From Barthelona sp. PAP020 (lineage: Eukaryota), in assembly GCA_040182905.1 (NCBI GenBank), contig JARQWU010000094.1:1-34426 (forward strand): a DNA stretch of 34,426 nt, given 5' to 3'. The position numbers and the translations under genes were made by a program. Positions 9,314 to 19,480 of this stretch are shown in pieces (within the stretch, counting starts at the first letter, position 1; each line of letters begins with the position of its first letter). The notes under the pieces are model-generated. The model had not been told where the DNA came from. It made no database searches and saw nothing but the letters and a program-made list of their open reading frames with translations.

Positions 9314-12300
9314 TCAAAACTCAGATTTTGGAGGAAGTGTTGGATTTGAATTTGGATTTAATAAATAACTTAACGAAACTAATGCCAAGGGGAAACGTTT
9401 GCTTCGATCATTTGATTGAACAATGGTTTGAATTTGTGAAGCAAATGTATCTTTTGTTAAAGGCTTAACAATAGCACCAATAAATAGATCCATATCTTCT
9501 TGAGCAATACCTTTTTCGTCTAAGCAAATCAAAACCTTGGGAATGTCTTCCACATCATACAATTCATTCAACTGTCTCACAAGATTAAAAGCATTTAAAT
9601 AAGAATCTTGTTTACCAATATTTTCAGCTATGATAAAAAGGTCATATCTTTCTTTTGGTAAAGTTCTGCAAAAATCCAAAACTTGTTCTCCTTTTTGCAA
9701 AATATCAACAACACAACTAAAACCAGGACTATTCTTTTCAAACAAATCTTTGACATTCTTTAAATTGATCAAGTTATTATCAACATATAAAATTCGGGAT
9801 GGAATACTAACTCTTTTATCTTTTGCCGCCAAAGGCAATAAAGAAGGGAAAATTGGGAACCGTTGATTTGTGGAAATTGGATATACCATACCTAAATTCA
9901 ATTCTTCTGGAGCACTAACAGATAAAGGCATTGGTGTTTCAGAGTAATCAACATTATCATGTGCAGTATTGTTAAGTGTCGAATCAAGAAAAGAAGGCTG
10001 TGATTGAACTCCAGAAGAGAATGACTCACCAGCAAACTTGGAAATTGGTAATTCCATCACATTCTTTGGAATTATATATTTTTGTGTTAAATATTTAGCC
10101 TGTATCAAAGATTCAGGTTCCAACTGAGTGTCAAATACGTGAACATGATGAATTCTCTGTTCATTATCGGCAGATTTCAAATCAGTCTCTGAATCAATAT
10201 CAGACTCTAATGTTTCCATGTTTATACCCATTTCTGGTTTCATAATCAAACTATCAGCATTCAAAATAGATTCACAGAACTCATTTAATTGTACAAGTGA
10301 AATTAATGATTGATAATCATTAATTGGAATCAAAAAGATTTGTTGAGGTTGTACACCTTGGTTTTCCAAGAATTCAATGTTTTTCTCTCCATATATCACG
10401 AATATATTGTTCAAATCCACAGTATCATACGAAAATTCATCATAATTTACAACTGAAACTTGATAATTGAAGAACTCAATTGAAGATAATAGATTTTTGG
10501 TGAAAATATACTCTTCTTCCTCGCTATTGGTTAGCACAAATAATTTGAGGTTGCAATTCTGTTTAAGATTAATTGATTTCGCATTAGTAGCTTTAAACGC
10601 AAAAGAAAAGGCTTGTACACTGTCATTTTCAAGTAAGAACGTGTCAATATATCCATTAAAAGATGAATTTGCCATTACAACATGATTTGACAACATTAAC
10701 GAAGTACGGCTAAATACATCCAACGAAGATTCTTCACTAACATCCAATAAAGACCAAAAAATATTATTATCCACTTTATTGACAGGTTGTTTTAAATTCA
10801 ACAAAACTCTATTGATGTCTTCATTTACATCAAAACCACTAACAACAACCTTAATTTGTTCTTGATCGTCAAGGTCATCAAAGAAATATAATATCAATGC
10901 CAGTTCATTGGGTTTGTCTTTTTCAGCTAAATACCAATCCATATATCTAATCAAACTTCGAATAACAAAGATTAAATCATCAACAGGTACATCAACCGCC
11001 ATTTCCTTCAATTCCAACTGAATATGCAACTGAAGTTCTGTTTTTATCAATCCACGTACCAATATTATTAAATGATCAATAAACTCACTCAACAATACTG
11101 TTTGTACCCGATTATCAAAATTATTAACATTTAATAAATTAAAGTAAGTGGACAGCACAAATTGAACATCTAAAAGATTCATCCTTGCTAGTGTAGCCAT
11201 TTGTTTGCTTGCTGATTGGTCATGTCCATAACAAAGATCAAAAGAATAAGATATTTTGTCAACCAATGCATCTAAAACCTCCATATTAGCTAAAGGAGAT
11301 ACGTCCTTAATAAATTCAACAAAAGGGAACGTTTCATTACAATTAAAGGGTAAATATTTGGTTTTGACAAGAATTGGCATGTCAGACACATCATATATAT
11401 TTATCGGTGTAATAGGGCTATCTGTATCAAGTCTCTCTTGAATGGCATGCTTATGAATGGTCTCATAATTAACATCAGCAACATATTTCCCGGTTGCTGA
11501 TGTCAACACCTTTTCTTCAAAGTGTCTATTTACATATAAGATTTCTCCATCATTGAAATATATCGCAATTCCAATATCATCTAATTCATCAATAATTTTT
11601 TCATACATCGAAACTTTACTCTTCCATAAATTAAACACAGACAGATTTTCCAAAGTAACAATGGCAAAATTCAAGCCTTTATGTAACATTTTAAAGATGT
11701 TCAGCTTGCACTCCAGAATCTCATTTTTTCCCTGAATCATCTTTTGAATCATAACTTGATTGCCTTTTTGTATCTTAACAATTTCTTCAATGGCTTCCAA
11801 ATCCCAAATATTTTCAAAGTTCACCTCATTAACACATATCTCCCCAATGGTTTTTTCACTTAATTCATCCCTTGTATATTGCAGCAGTTCACAACATGCC
11901 ACATTACAATCAACTATTTTTCCGGTATTTTGAACAATCATAATTGGTGCAACAGTACTTTCAAACACAGATTTCAACAACTTAACATCATTACCGTCAT
12001 CAATCTTGTTTGTGTCATAACCTATCAAAATACCCATCTCCCTTGTTTCTAATTGAATAACTTTCAATTGCATTTCAACCAAATCTTTTCCAACAATAAA
12101 AGGAGAACCATAAGCATTCATAGAAGATTGAATCCAGTGTTCTAAAAACTCAGGGGTCCCAGGTACAATATTAATTGTTGTTAAATCTGAAATAAACTGT
12201 CCTTGAACCATATCTATCTGATTGGGAGATTCTAATAGTTTTAACCCAACATTGTTCGCAAACATAACACGCCCAGAAATATCAAGTGCCACAATGGGCA

Positions 12301-13750
12301 ATGAAATATCAGTCAAAATAGTACTGGCCAACAATGCTTGTTCTTCTGCAATTTTTTGTTTGCTAATATCTATGTACTTGCAAGCATATAGCCTTTCTCC
12401 TTGACCATGTTCAAATTGTTGAAAACTAAAGACATTATCATGTAAATAAATTACCTTCATCCAAGCTTCAACAGGAACAAATGTGGATCCACCATCACCT
12501 CTTAGCAATGTTTCAAAACGTAACCCATTAGTTTCACTGGCTATAATTTCTTCTTTAAGAATGTTGAATCTGTTCTTTTGTTGGATAAAATCTTTTTCTG
12601 CAAAAGTAAAATCGATGTCCATAATGTTCAATTGACTAACATTCTGGAAATACTCAATATCTTCAAACATGACCAAATTACCTCCATATAACATAACCAA
12701 AGCACCATCCTCGTCAAAAATACACTGGGCAGTAGGAAATCCATGTAAAAAATCAGGATGTGCAAAAATATCATTCTCTATATGCCAATGTGGTTTTGAA
12801 ACCGCGTTATCAACAGACAACAAAGATTCATAAACATCAACTAATGATTGAGGATGTGAAGAATTCACAGATAAATTGTTATATGGAGAAGGTAACATTG
12901 TAAGAGCAGGTGGCCCAACAATATCCTTGGATAATCTAAACTGATCTTCTAATGCATCAAAATCCAATGTTTGTTTCTTAAACAATGTTTTGGCATCTAC
13001 TTCAGTATTTGGGCTATCCCAAACTAATAAAATAATGGAACAATCATGAACAACAAGATGACTGATCCGAACATCAATAACTAAATGGTATTCACCGTGG
13101 AAAGACAAAAATAGCTGTTTTTCTTTAACCTTTCGACTTCTTATTTCCTCAATAACTTCTCCTGGACGACAAAAATTGTCATCTAATATACTTTCAAAGG
13201 ATACATGAATATATTGATTAATATTAACCTTAAAATCGTCGTAGACTTTATCATTACAATCCAAAATCATAAAATCAGGACCCAAAGTCAAACAACGTTC
13301 ACCAACAAGGTTTGAAAATGAATTTAGTATGCTTAATTTCATTAGAGTCGCTTCATGTTCAGTATAATCTTCTAATTGCATGATAATTAGATCATTTTCT
13401 TTGTCGTAGCAATTCTTCCACTTTGCAGGAAATGTGATGAAACTTTTATCAACATATTTTCGACAAATTGACGAATATTCAGTTAGTTTATCATCTTTAT
13501 CAAAGGATTCAATAATCTTATCTCTTTGTTTTATCCAATCTTCGTTTTTCTGAATACAAATATCAATATCAAAAATAGTTTTGTATTTTTCTTCAAACTC
13601 TTCAACATTTGTTACACATAACAAAGAACGTAAATTACTGTTGGCCCACAGTAAAATCCCTTCTTCATTAACTATAACAGTACTCGGTAACAAATGTTCC
13701 AATATGTTTGAACTCAATGTGGATACTTCTAAGGGATTAAATGGTGACAT
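9314..13750 (-). CDS. Multi-PAS-domain protein with a degenerate histidine-kinase-like region and a C-terminal (pseudo)receiver domain, ~1478 aa
   Basis: Repeated PAS starts (VIVNEEGILLWAN, IVALDISGRVMFAN, IMIVQNTGKIVDCNVACCELLQYTRDEL, IYFNDGEILYVN) and a C-terminal receiver fold (RILYVDNNLIN...G.Q.L...YDLFII...IP...KP). First ATG at 13750; the track starts at a TTG. Confidence 0.8.
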   Translation of the reverse strand: MSPFNPLEVSTLSSNILEHLLPSTVIVNEEGILLWANSNLRSLLCVTNVEEFEEKYKTIFDIDICIQKNEDWIKQRDKIIESFDKDDKLTEYSSICRKYVDKSFITFPAKWKNCYDKENDLIIMQLEDYTEHEATLMKLSILNSFSNLVGERCLTLGPDFMILDCNDKVYDDFKVNINQYIHVSFESILDDNFCRPGEVIEEIRSRKVKEKQLFLSFHGEYHLVIDVRISHLVVHDCSIILLVWDSPNTEVDAKTLFKKQTLDFDALEDQFRLSKDIVGPPALTMLPSPYNNLSVNSSHPQSLVDVYESLLSVDNAVSKPHWHIENDIFAHPDFLHGFPTAQCIFDEDGALVMLYGGNLVMFEDIEYFQNVSQLNIMDIDFTFAEKDFIQQKNRFNILKEEIIASETNGLRFETLLRGDGGSTFVPVEAWMKVIYLHDNVFSFQQFEHGQGERLYACKYIDISKQKIAEEQALLASTILTDISLPIVALDISGRVMFANNVGLKLLESPNQIDMVQGQFISDLTTINIVPGTPEFLEHWIQSSMNAYGSPFIVGKDLVEMQLKVIQLETREMGILIGYDTNKIDDGNDVKLLKSVFESTVAPIMIVQNTGKIVDCNVACCELLQYTRDELSEKTIGEICVNEVNFENIWDLEAIEEIVKIQKGNQVMIQKMIQGKNEILECKLNIFKMLHKGLNFAIVTLENLSVFNLWKSKVSMYEKIIDELDDIGIAIYFNDGEILYVNRHFEEKVLTSATGKYVADVNYETIHKHAIQERLDTDSPITPINIYDVSDMPILVKTKYLPFNCNETFPFVEFIKDVSPLANMEVLDALVDKISYSFDLCYGHDQSASKQMATLARMNLLDVQFVLSTYFNLLNVNNFDNRVQTVLLSEFIDHLIILVRGLIKTELQLHIQLELKEMAVDVPVDDLIFVIRSLIRYMDWYLAEKDKPNELALILYFFDDLDDQEQIKVVVSGFDVNEDINRVLLNLKQPVNKVDNNIFWSLLDVSEESSLDVFSRTSLMLSNHVVMANSSFNGYIDTFLLENDSVQAFSFAFKATNAKSINLKQNCNLKLFVLTNSEEEEYIFTKNLLSSIEFFNYQVSVVNYDEFSYDTVDLNNIFVIYGEKNIEFLENQGVQPQQIFLIPINDYQSLISLVQLNEFCESILNADSLIMKPEMGINMETLESDIDSETDLKSADNEQRIHHVHVFDTQLEPESLIQAKYLTQKYIIPKNVMELPISKFAGESFSSGVQSQPSFLDSTLNNTAHDNVDYSETPMPLSVSAPEELNLGMVYPISTNQRFPIFPSLLPLAAKDKRVSIPSRILYVDNNLINLKNVKDLFEKNSPGFSCVVDILQKGEQVLDFCRTLPKERYDLFIIAENIGKQDSYLNAFNLVRQLNELYDVEDIPKVLICLDEKGIAQEDMDLFIGAIVKPLTKDTFASQIQTIVQSNDRSKRFPLALVSLSYLLNPNSNPTLPPKSEF

Positions 13751-13935
13751 TACATTCAATTCAAAAAAAAATGGAATTTATCAAAGGTATTTACTTGATA
13801 ATCCCAAATTTTTTTTTTTTTGTTTTTTCTTCAATTGTAGAATTGAAGCAGAACTATTATTTAATGAAGAATAAAATATTCAAAAATAGTCAGTTCAAGT
13901 TAGACTATTCTTTATTTATTTTTTACTTCCTTTTC

Positions 13936-14250
13936 ATGTCTATTTTATCAAAGCAAGAACTCGATTCAAACATTGTGAATGAATTATATTCTTCTGATTC
14001 AAAAGAATTACAAACAAATGTATTAACTGACCAATTTCCAGCTATTTTAGATTTTGTTTGGACTACAAATCTTGAATTGGATACACCTGGTAATATTGCA
14101 CCTGATGATTTATGCACAAATATTGGAATAAAACTAAGTGATACTTCCAGTCTCAATTTCAGAGCAACATCACAAGATATTGGTTTATTAGCTGACAGTG
14201 TTCGAAAAGCACTTGCATCAGCAGACTTTTTTCTTCAATCTAAAAAATGA
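13936..14250 (+). CDS. Small COMM-domain protein (COMMD family), 104 aa
   Basis: FPAILDFVWTTNLEL...IGIKLSD...LNF.....IGLLADSVRKA matches the COMM domain pattern with its invariant Trp. Start at ATG 13936; the upstream ORF extension is low-complexity. Confidence 0.65.
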   Translation: MSILSKQELDSNIVNELYSSDSKELQTNVLTDQFPAILDFVWTTNLELDTPGNIAPDDLCTNIGIKLSDTSSLNFRATSQDIGLLADSVRKALASADFFLQSKK

Positions 14251-14392
14251 TTTTTGATTTTTCTTTTTTATTTTATCTTTTTTGACATTTTAAAAGTAAT
14301 TTTTTTACTTTTTTGTAAATCTATTGAAATTTTTCATTTTTCAACAACAAAAATGTTTTTACTTTTTATCCAAAACAATAAACAATAAATGA

Positions 14393-15577
14393 CTATTGTT
14401 CCATTTCACTTTCAGTATGATTAGTATCATTGTCTGCCAAAGTTCGAATGAAAGTCATTGAATTTGTGGAAAAAATGGGCTCACTAACTGGAACTTTTTT
14501 CAAATCAAATTTGGTAAGCACATCGAACCACTCATCCGATTGATCTTTTTCTGACATCAACGAAAACTTTTCTAATTCCTTGTACTTTAACTCTTCTTCC
14601 ATTTTTTTCTGTCTTTTTAATTGTTCCAAAGATTTCTTGTTACCTTGTACAGATCTGTCACTATGTGTCTTTTTCTTGCTATAAAATGCATGGGCCCGCC
14701 GGGCAAGATCAGTTGCTGAAGCCTTTTCTTGTTGATTAGCAGAAAAAGGATCATTGATTTTTGCTTCTATTTCTTTTATTTGTTGAGTATAAGACTGTAC
14801 AAGATTAATGTTTCCTTCTCTTTTTGCTTCAGCCAAGTATTCCTTCAAACTCTTCAACTTTGCCAATAATCTGCTTGATGTTTCTACTTCTCCAGCATCT
14901 TGAACCATTTTTTCAATATCTTTTGCAGATAACTTAAAATCCTTCAGTTCATTGAATCTTACAAGCAATTCGTCAACTTCACCTACAGTAGGAATGTGAA
15001 AGTGTTGTGATTTCAGATCATTCTTCCATTTCGTTAACTCCATTTGTTTGAATGAATCATGTGATGGTAAAGAGAGTTTGATACACCTTTTAGAACCCAT
15101 ATATTCAACCCAAATATACTTGTTGACTTCTTCATTGCCCAACTGATATCCAATATTTTTGATCTCCACATCGATAATTTTACCAATTCTTACTAATTTT
15201 GGTATCCTTCTGACATCTCTGTCATCCATATTTCTGTTTCTCATTTCTTGTTTGTTTTCATACAAAAGTTTCACATAAAATCCAACAATCATTTCATCAA
15301 ATTTCGGTAAATGGTATAATTGTGAGAATTTTGCAGGGGTTAATTGAATATTGTTGAGATATCTCAATGTAATTTCTTCATCCCTTGATAAAACATCTTT
15401 TGGTTCAATATAGGTAGAGGATTGTTTTCCACGTTCAATAGAAGTTATTCCTAAATCTGGTTCCTCTTCAACAAACCCAAGATCTGATAATTCTTCCTCT
15501 TCTTCTTCTTCGGAATCAGAAGCACCAAATTGATCCAAAAGATCTTGATCTTCTTCAGCAAGATAACGTGGTGGCAT
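14393..15577 (-). CDS. RTF1: Paf1-complex subunit Rtf1-like (Plus3 domain)
   Basis: LNNIQLTPAKFSQLYHLPKFDEMIVGFYVKL, YQLG and S...F...EL.KW match Plus3; acidic N-terminus and a coiled coil. Confidence 0.8.
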   Translation of the reverse strand: MPPRYLAEEDQDLLDQFGASDSEEEEEEELSDLGFVEEEPDLGITSIERGKQSSTYIEPKDVLSRDEEITLRYLNNIQLTPAKFSQLYHLPKFDEMIVGFYVKLLYENKQEMRNRNMDDRDVRRIPKLVRIGKIIDVEIKNIGYQLGNEEVNKYIWVEYMGSKRCIKLSLPSHDSFKQMELTKWKNDLKSQHFHIPTVGEVDELLVRFNELKDFKLSAKDIEKMVQDAGEVETSSRLLAKLKSLKEYLAEAKREGNINLVQSYTQQIKEIEAKINDPFSANQQEKASATDLARRAHAFYSKKKTHSDRSVQGNKKSLEQLKRQKKMEEELKYKELEKFSLMSEKDQSDEWFDVLTKFDLKKVPVSEPIFSTNSMTFIRTLADNDTNHTESEMEQ

Positions 15578-15746
15578 TAATTAAAAGAATAAAATAGAAA
15601 TGAAAACAATCGAAAAGATTAATTGCTGATCAAATAATTTTTTAAGGGTCAAAATAATTGATTTAAAAGACACAAAAATACCACTATAAAAGTAATTAAG
15701 AATAAAAAATCAAGCAACTAAAATTTGTTCTTTTATTATATCAAAA

Positions 15747-17522
15747 TTAAAGATTTGGTTCCCTCTTTTTTTCATTGGAAGGAACGTCACTGCTAATTTT
15801 TTGACTGATATTTGCATGAGATTGTTTGTTAGTCTTCATTCTTGAAATTTCTCGTAAAAACATGGTAGCATAAGTTGAAGGTTCCAACGAAAATCTCAAA
15901 ATTATTGCTTGATGATCATAAACACCATCCTTAAAATTTCTGGTTTCAACAGGGATACTGTCTTCTACCAACTTATTCCAATCAGAATCAACCAAATCAG
16001 CATCTATATCTTCATTCCTGTAATACACACAAGAACCCTCAACATCTAAAGGAGTCATTAAAAGTTTCCTGTATCCACCTGTTAAAAGCATTTCATTTGT
16101 GGAAAGAGCAATATCAAAATCAAGTGTAAAGCCAAAAAGCTCCAAAATACTTTTGTATTCTTCAACTAAAACTGGTGAATAAACTGTTTCAGGACTGGGT
16201 AAAGTAAGAACAACATCTTTCATTGAATAATCGGAAATGTTGGTTGAATCAATAACAATAGGCTCACCATTATCATTTAAAACTAAATCTCCAATCAAAA
16301 TATCATGAGATAGTGCCCATCTTCGATTTATCATGTGATTAAAAATGAAACTTTGAAAAGCATGTGCATAAATCGTCCTTAGCTTCCTAGGAATATGAGA
16401 AAAGGCATTACGTAAACCAACATTCTTGGATAATGCTCTGGCAACAGCTCTTTCGGCTGTACAATAATGGGGAAATGCTTTTTGAGCATTGATATAATCT
16501 TTTTGTTTCATTAATTCACATGCTTCATTGAACTTCTCAGAAGCAGAATCATCAGGTGTGAAGAATAAATTGTATAAACCTTCAAAATCACCCTTGAGAA
16601 ACAAAAGACCATATTCATGGGTAGATATATTCTTTGTTCCAAATCTTTGCAAACCAAAATAATTGAGAAACCCATTGGATTTGATTAAATCAATATTATT
16701 TGCCAAATCAGACTCAGAAACGTCAGTTTCACGAATAACCAATTGAAATTGGTTTCCTTTTAAATCACCAAGCCTAATTGAATCATTAAAATACTTAGGT
16801 TTGCCCAATTTGAAATTCTTAAAACCCTTTTGGGCTGACAATAATCTTTCAGGTGTAATTTGCCTAATAGAAATTAATTGACTTGTAACAGCTCTCTTAT
16901 CTTTTGTTCCAGCAGTACCAATGCTCTTTTTTTTTAACATTTCACTCATTAATGATGTAGCAGATATAGTATCAATGTTACACTTAATTAAAGGAATATA
17001 GGCGAATGAAGGGATATTAGTTGGCCATGTTCTACTTGGTTTAAATGAAGATTTTTGAAATTTTTGGCAATAAATTCGTAAATAAGTTTCTTCCTCCTTT
17101 TTAAAAGTCTCAGTATAAACACAAGTAAAATTTTCCCGGAAAAATGCATGAATGTTACGTCTTTCTTCTTTGTCTTGAGATAAAAAAGGAACAGAAACAT
17201 CGGAACAGAAATCATTGGAATCCAACTGATTAAACCAACTAACAATTGATTCTTTCTCATCCTTAATAGATGGGGGCAAATTTTCAAAAACATTTCGATC
17301 ATATTTGATTCCTAATTTTTCAACAACTATCAAATCATCGGATTTATTAACATTTTCATTTTCAAAGAGATTGGGTTCATTGGCAAAATGGTCAAAATGA
17401 ATAACTTTTCCATCAAGATCAATTTCGTTCACTTGAAAATCAGAAAATCGATGCTTCAGAATTCCTTCGAAAGGCACTATGTCTGAATTCACATAATTTT
17501 CGATACCAACACGTTTTTCCAT
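15747..17522 (-). CDS. PUS7: Pseudouridine synthase TruD/Pus7
   Basis: GILKHRFSDFQVNEI, AGTKDKRAVTSQ (catalytic Asp), LGDLKGNQF, GFLNYFGLQRFG and TYATMFLREI. Confidence 0.96.
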   Translation of the reverse strand: MEKRVGIENYVNSDIVPFEGILKHRFSDFQVNEIDLDGKVIHFDHFANEPNLFENENVNKSDDLIVVEKLGIKYDRNVFENLPPSIKDEKESIVSWFNQLDSNDFCSDVSVPFLSQDKEERRNIHAFFRENFTCVYTETFKKEEETYLRIYCQKFQKSSFKPSRTWPTNIPSFAYIPLIKCNIDTISATSLMSEMLKKKSIGTAGTKDKRAVTSQLISIRQITPERLLSAQKGFKNFKLGKPKYFNDSIRLGDLKGNQFQLVIRETDVSESDLANNIDLIKSNGFLNYFGLQRFGTKNISTHEYGLLFLKGDFEGLYNLFFTPDDSASEKFNEACELMKQKDYINAQKAFPHYCTAERAVARALSKNVGLRNAFSHIPRKLRTIYAHAFQSFIFNHMINRRWALSHDILIGDLVLNDNGEPIVIDSTNISDYSMKDVVLTLPSPETVYSPVLVEEYKSILELFGFTLDFDIALSTNEMLLTGGYRKLLMTPLDVEGSCVYYRNEDIDADLVDSDWNKLVEDSIPVETRNFKDGVYDHQAIILRFSLEPSTYATMFLREISRMKTNKQSHANISQKISSDVPSNEKKREPNL

Positions 17523-18026
17523 TGAGATATTTTAAAAAAAGTCTTTAATAAACAAAAATTATTTTATTGATGGACCAATTTCAACAAATTTATATTAATA
17601 ATTATTTTTTGGTTTGTGCTGAAAAGATTTCAGGCAAATTTTGAATTTTTTGATCCAAACACTTTTATTGATGTTATTTTCAGTTGAAAACTCAAATTTT
17701 TGACTATAAATTCAAATAAATTTATCAATTTTCTTCGAAATCATCATGATATGCCATAAATTATTATTTTGAACAAATAAAATGAATCCTGCTTGTTAAT
17801 TTTTCAAACATAAAAGATTATGTACAAATTTAAATGAACGAATAAAGATATCCCAAAAATATTGAATCATTTTTGAAATAAGAATTGTTTCTGTTTATTT
17901 CAAATTAGATATAAATTTCTTGTTTGAAAGGCTGTATATTCTAAACCTATATTGCAAAACAGTATAGTTATTGATAAAAGAAAGAAATGAAAAAATTGAA
18001 TGTTTGTTGTTTTTTATTTAATCAAT

Positions 18027-18497
18027 ATGAGTATTATTTTAACACAAGCAGAAATTGATGCTTGTAAGAACTCATTTAGTCGATTTGCCAGAGTAGAAAC
18101 TGGACATATCAATATGTGGCAACTAAGAAGATGTCTCAATGAATTGAACAAAGAACCTCCTGAAGAAGAATTTATCAGATTAATAGAACACATTGATGAT
18201 AATGGAACTGGTGAAATAGTTTTCAATCAATTTCTTCAAATAATTTCAAATCAAAAAATGTTAGCCAGGCCTGATGATGATGATGATACTTTAGAAGCTT
18301 TTGTTGCTGTTGGTGGTAATCCTGATAAATCAGGTACCGTTTTGATTGAGACGATTAACAAGACCATTGCTGCATATGGTTTGGCGATTAACATAAATGA
18401 TTTATTGCAAAAATTTGATGAAGATGGTACTGGAAAATTAGATTATGAAAAATTTGCGTTGATGTTGACTGACCGCAATAGATCTGTCATTTCATGA
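18027..18497 (+). CDS. EF-hand calcium-binding protein, outer-arm dynein light chain LC4 (18 kDa)-like
   Basis: EF hands DDNGTGEIVFNQF and DEDGTGKLDYEKF; DTLEAFVAVGGNPDKSG resembles flagellar dynein LC4. Confidence 0.8.
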   Translation: MSIILTQAEIDACKNSFSRFARVETGHINMWQLRRCLNELNKEPPEEEFIRLIEHIDDNGTGEIVFNQFLQIISNQKMLARPDDDDDTLEAFVAVGGNPDKSGTVLIETINKTIAAYGLAININDLLQKFDEDGTGKLDYEKFALMLTDRNRSVIS

Positions 18498-18542
18498 TTT
18501 GTATAAAAGTGTAGATTTTTTTATTTTTGTTTTGTGTTATGT

Positions 18543-19190
18543 ATGAATAACAACACCAATAACCGAACCCAATTATCTTTAATTGAAGCAATTGTTCACA
18601 AACGGCATTTTGATTTGTTGTATGTTCAAAATCTTTTTAAATGTGATGCCTTTTATTTAAATTTGGTTAAATTTGATTCTAAACAAGTTCAAATAGATCC
18701 TGACCTTTCAAATTCATTGGCATATTTGTTCTATTCGTTTTCATTTAGTCTTTCTGAAATATTGGATTTATCTGATCCTTTAGTGTATCTCCGTTTATTA
18801 AATCAATTGGTTGCTGAATTTAAAGCGGTTGATGATGGTGGATTCAACTTTGTTGACAATATTTCTGCTGCTTTTATTCCAAGTTCAATTGAGCCAATTA
18901 CAGCAAAGGTTTTCAAAGAGAAAAATTGCTTAAATCTTTGTGTTTTAAAGTTTCCTACTCATTCAACAACTGATATTTTTCCTTTAGATTTCAATAAAAT
19001 ATGTATTATTCTTGCCCAAATCATTGATTTAACATACAAAAAGCTTTTTGACTTCGCTGATTCTCTTATTGCCCATCGAAATGTTTTGGAAAATTTTGAT
19101 AATTGTGTTGCTCAAAAATACCTTCAAAAAATATTTTTATTAATCGAAAAACCAATTAAAAGTATGGTAGACCAAGAAATATTGTATTAA
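18543..19190 (+). CDS. Hypothetical helical protein, possibly a conserved uncharacterised eukaryotic family
   Basis: 215-aa ORF. The pattern KR..DL.Y.......FYLN, SLSEILD....YLR.L..LV.EF, FPLDF......L..II..TY.KL recalls an uncharacterised fungal/protist family (from memory, unverified). Confidence 0.7.
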   Translation: MNNNTNNRTQLSLIEAIVHKRHFDLLYVQNLFKCDAFYLNLVKFDSKQVQIDPDLSNSLAYLFYSFSFSLSEILDLSDPLVYLRLLNQLVAEFKAVDDGGFNFVDNISAAFIPSSIEPITAKVFKEKNCLNLCVLKFPTHSTTDIFPLDFNKICIILAQIIDLTYKKLFDFADSLIAHRNVLENFDNCVAQKYLQKIFLLIEKPIKSMVDQEILY

Positions 19191-19480
19191 GTGAAGAAGT
19201 TGAGTCTTTTTATTGATTGGTAAATTTCCTTTTTTTTTTTGTTGATATTACTTCAAATGATCTTTTTTGAACAAATGAAAAGGAATTTTTCCCAAAAAAA
19301 AAAAGAATCTTTTGTTTTTGTCTCTTTCTTTTTTCTTGAGGAAGTTTTCACTATCATTGATCCAAATATAATAAAAATTCAAAAAAAATCAAAAAAAATA
19401 TCAGAAAGAAAGGAAGGAAATACAGTCAAGTTGTTTCAAACTGGACAAAAGACAAAATAAATCCATCTAGACTTTTGATA

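Noticed and set aside
19239..19460. Small intergenic ORFs (also 28374-28595, 29859-30071, 29955-30197)
   Set aside because: F/K-rich translations of A/T homopolymer tracts, mostly with non-ATG starts.
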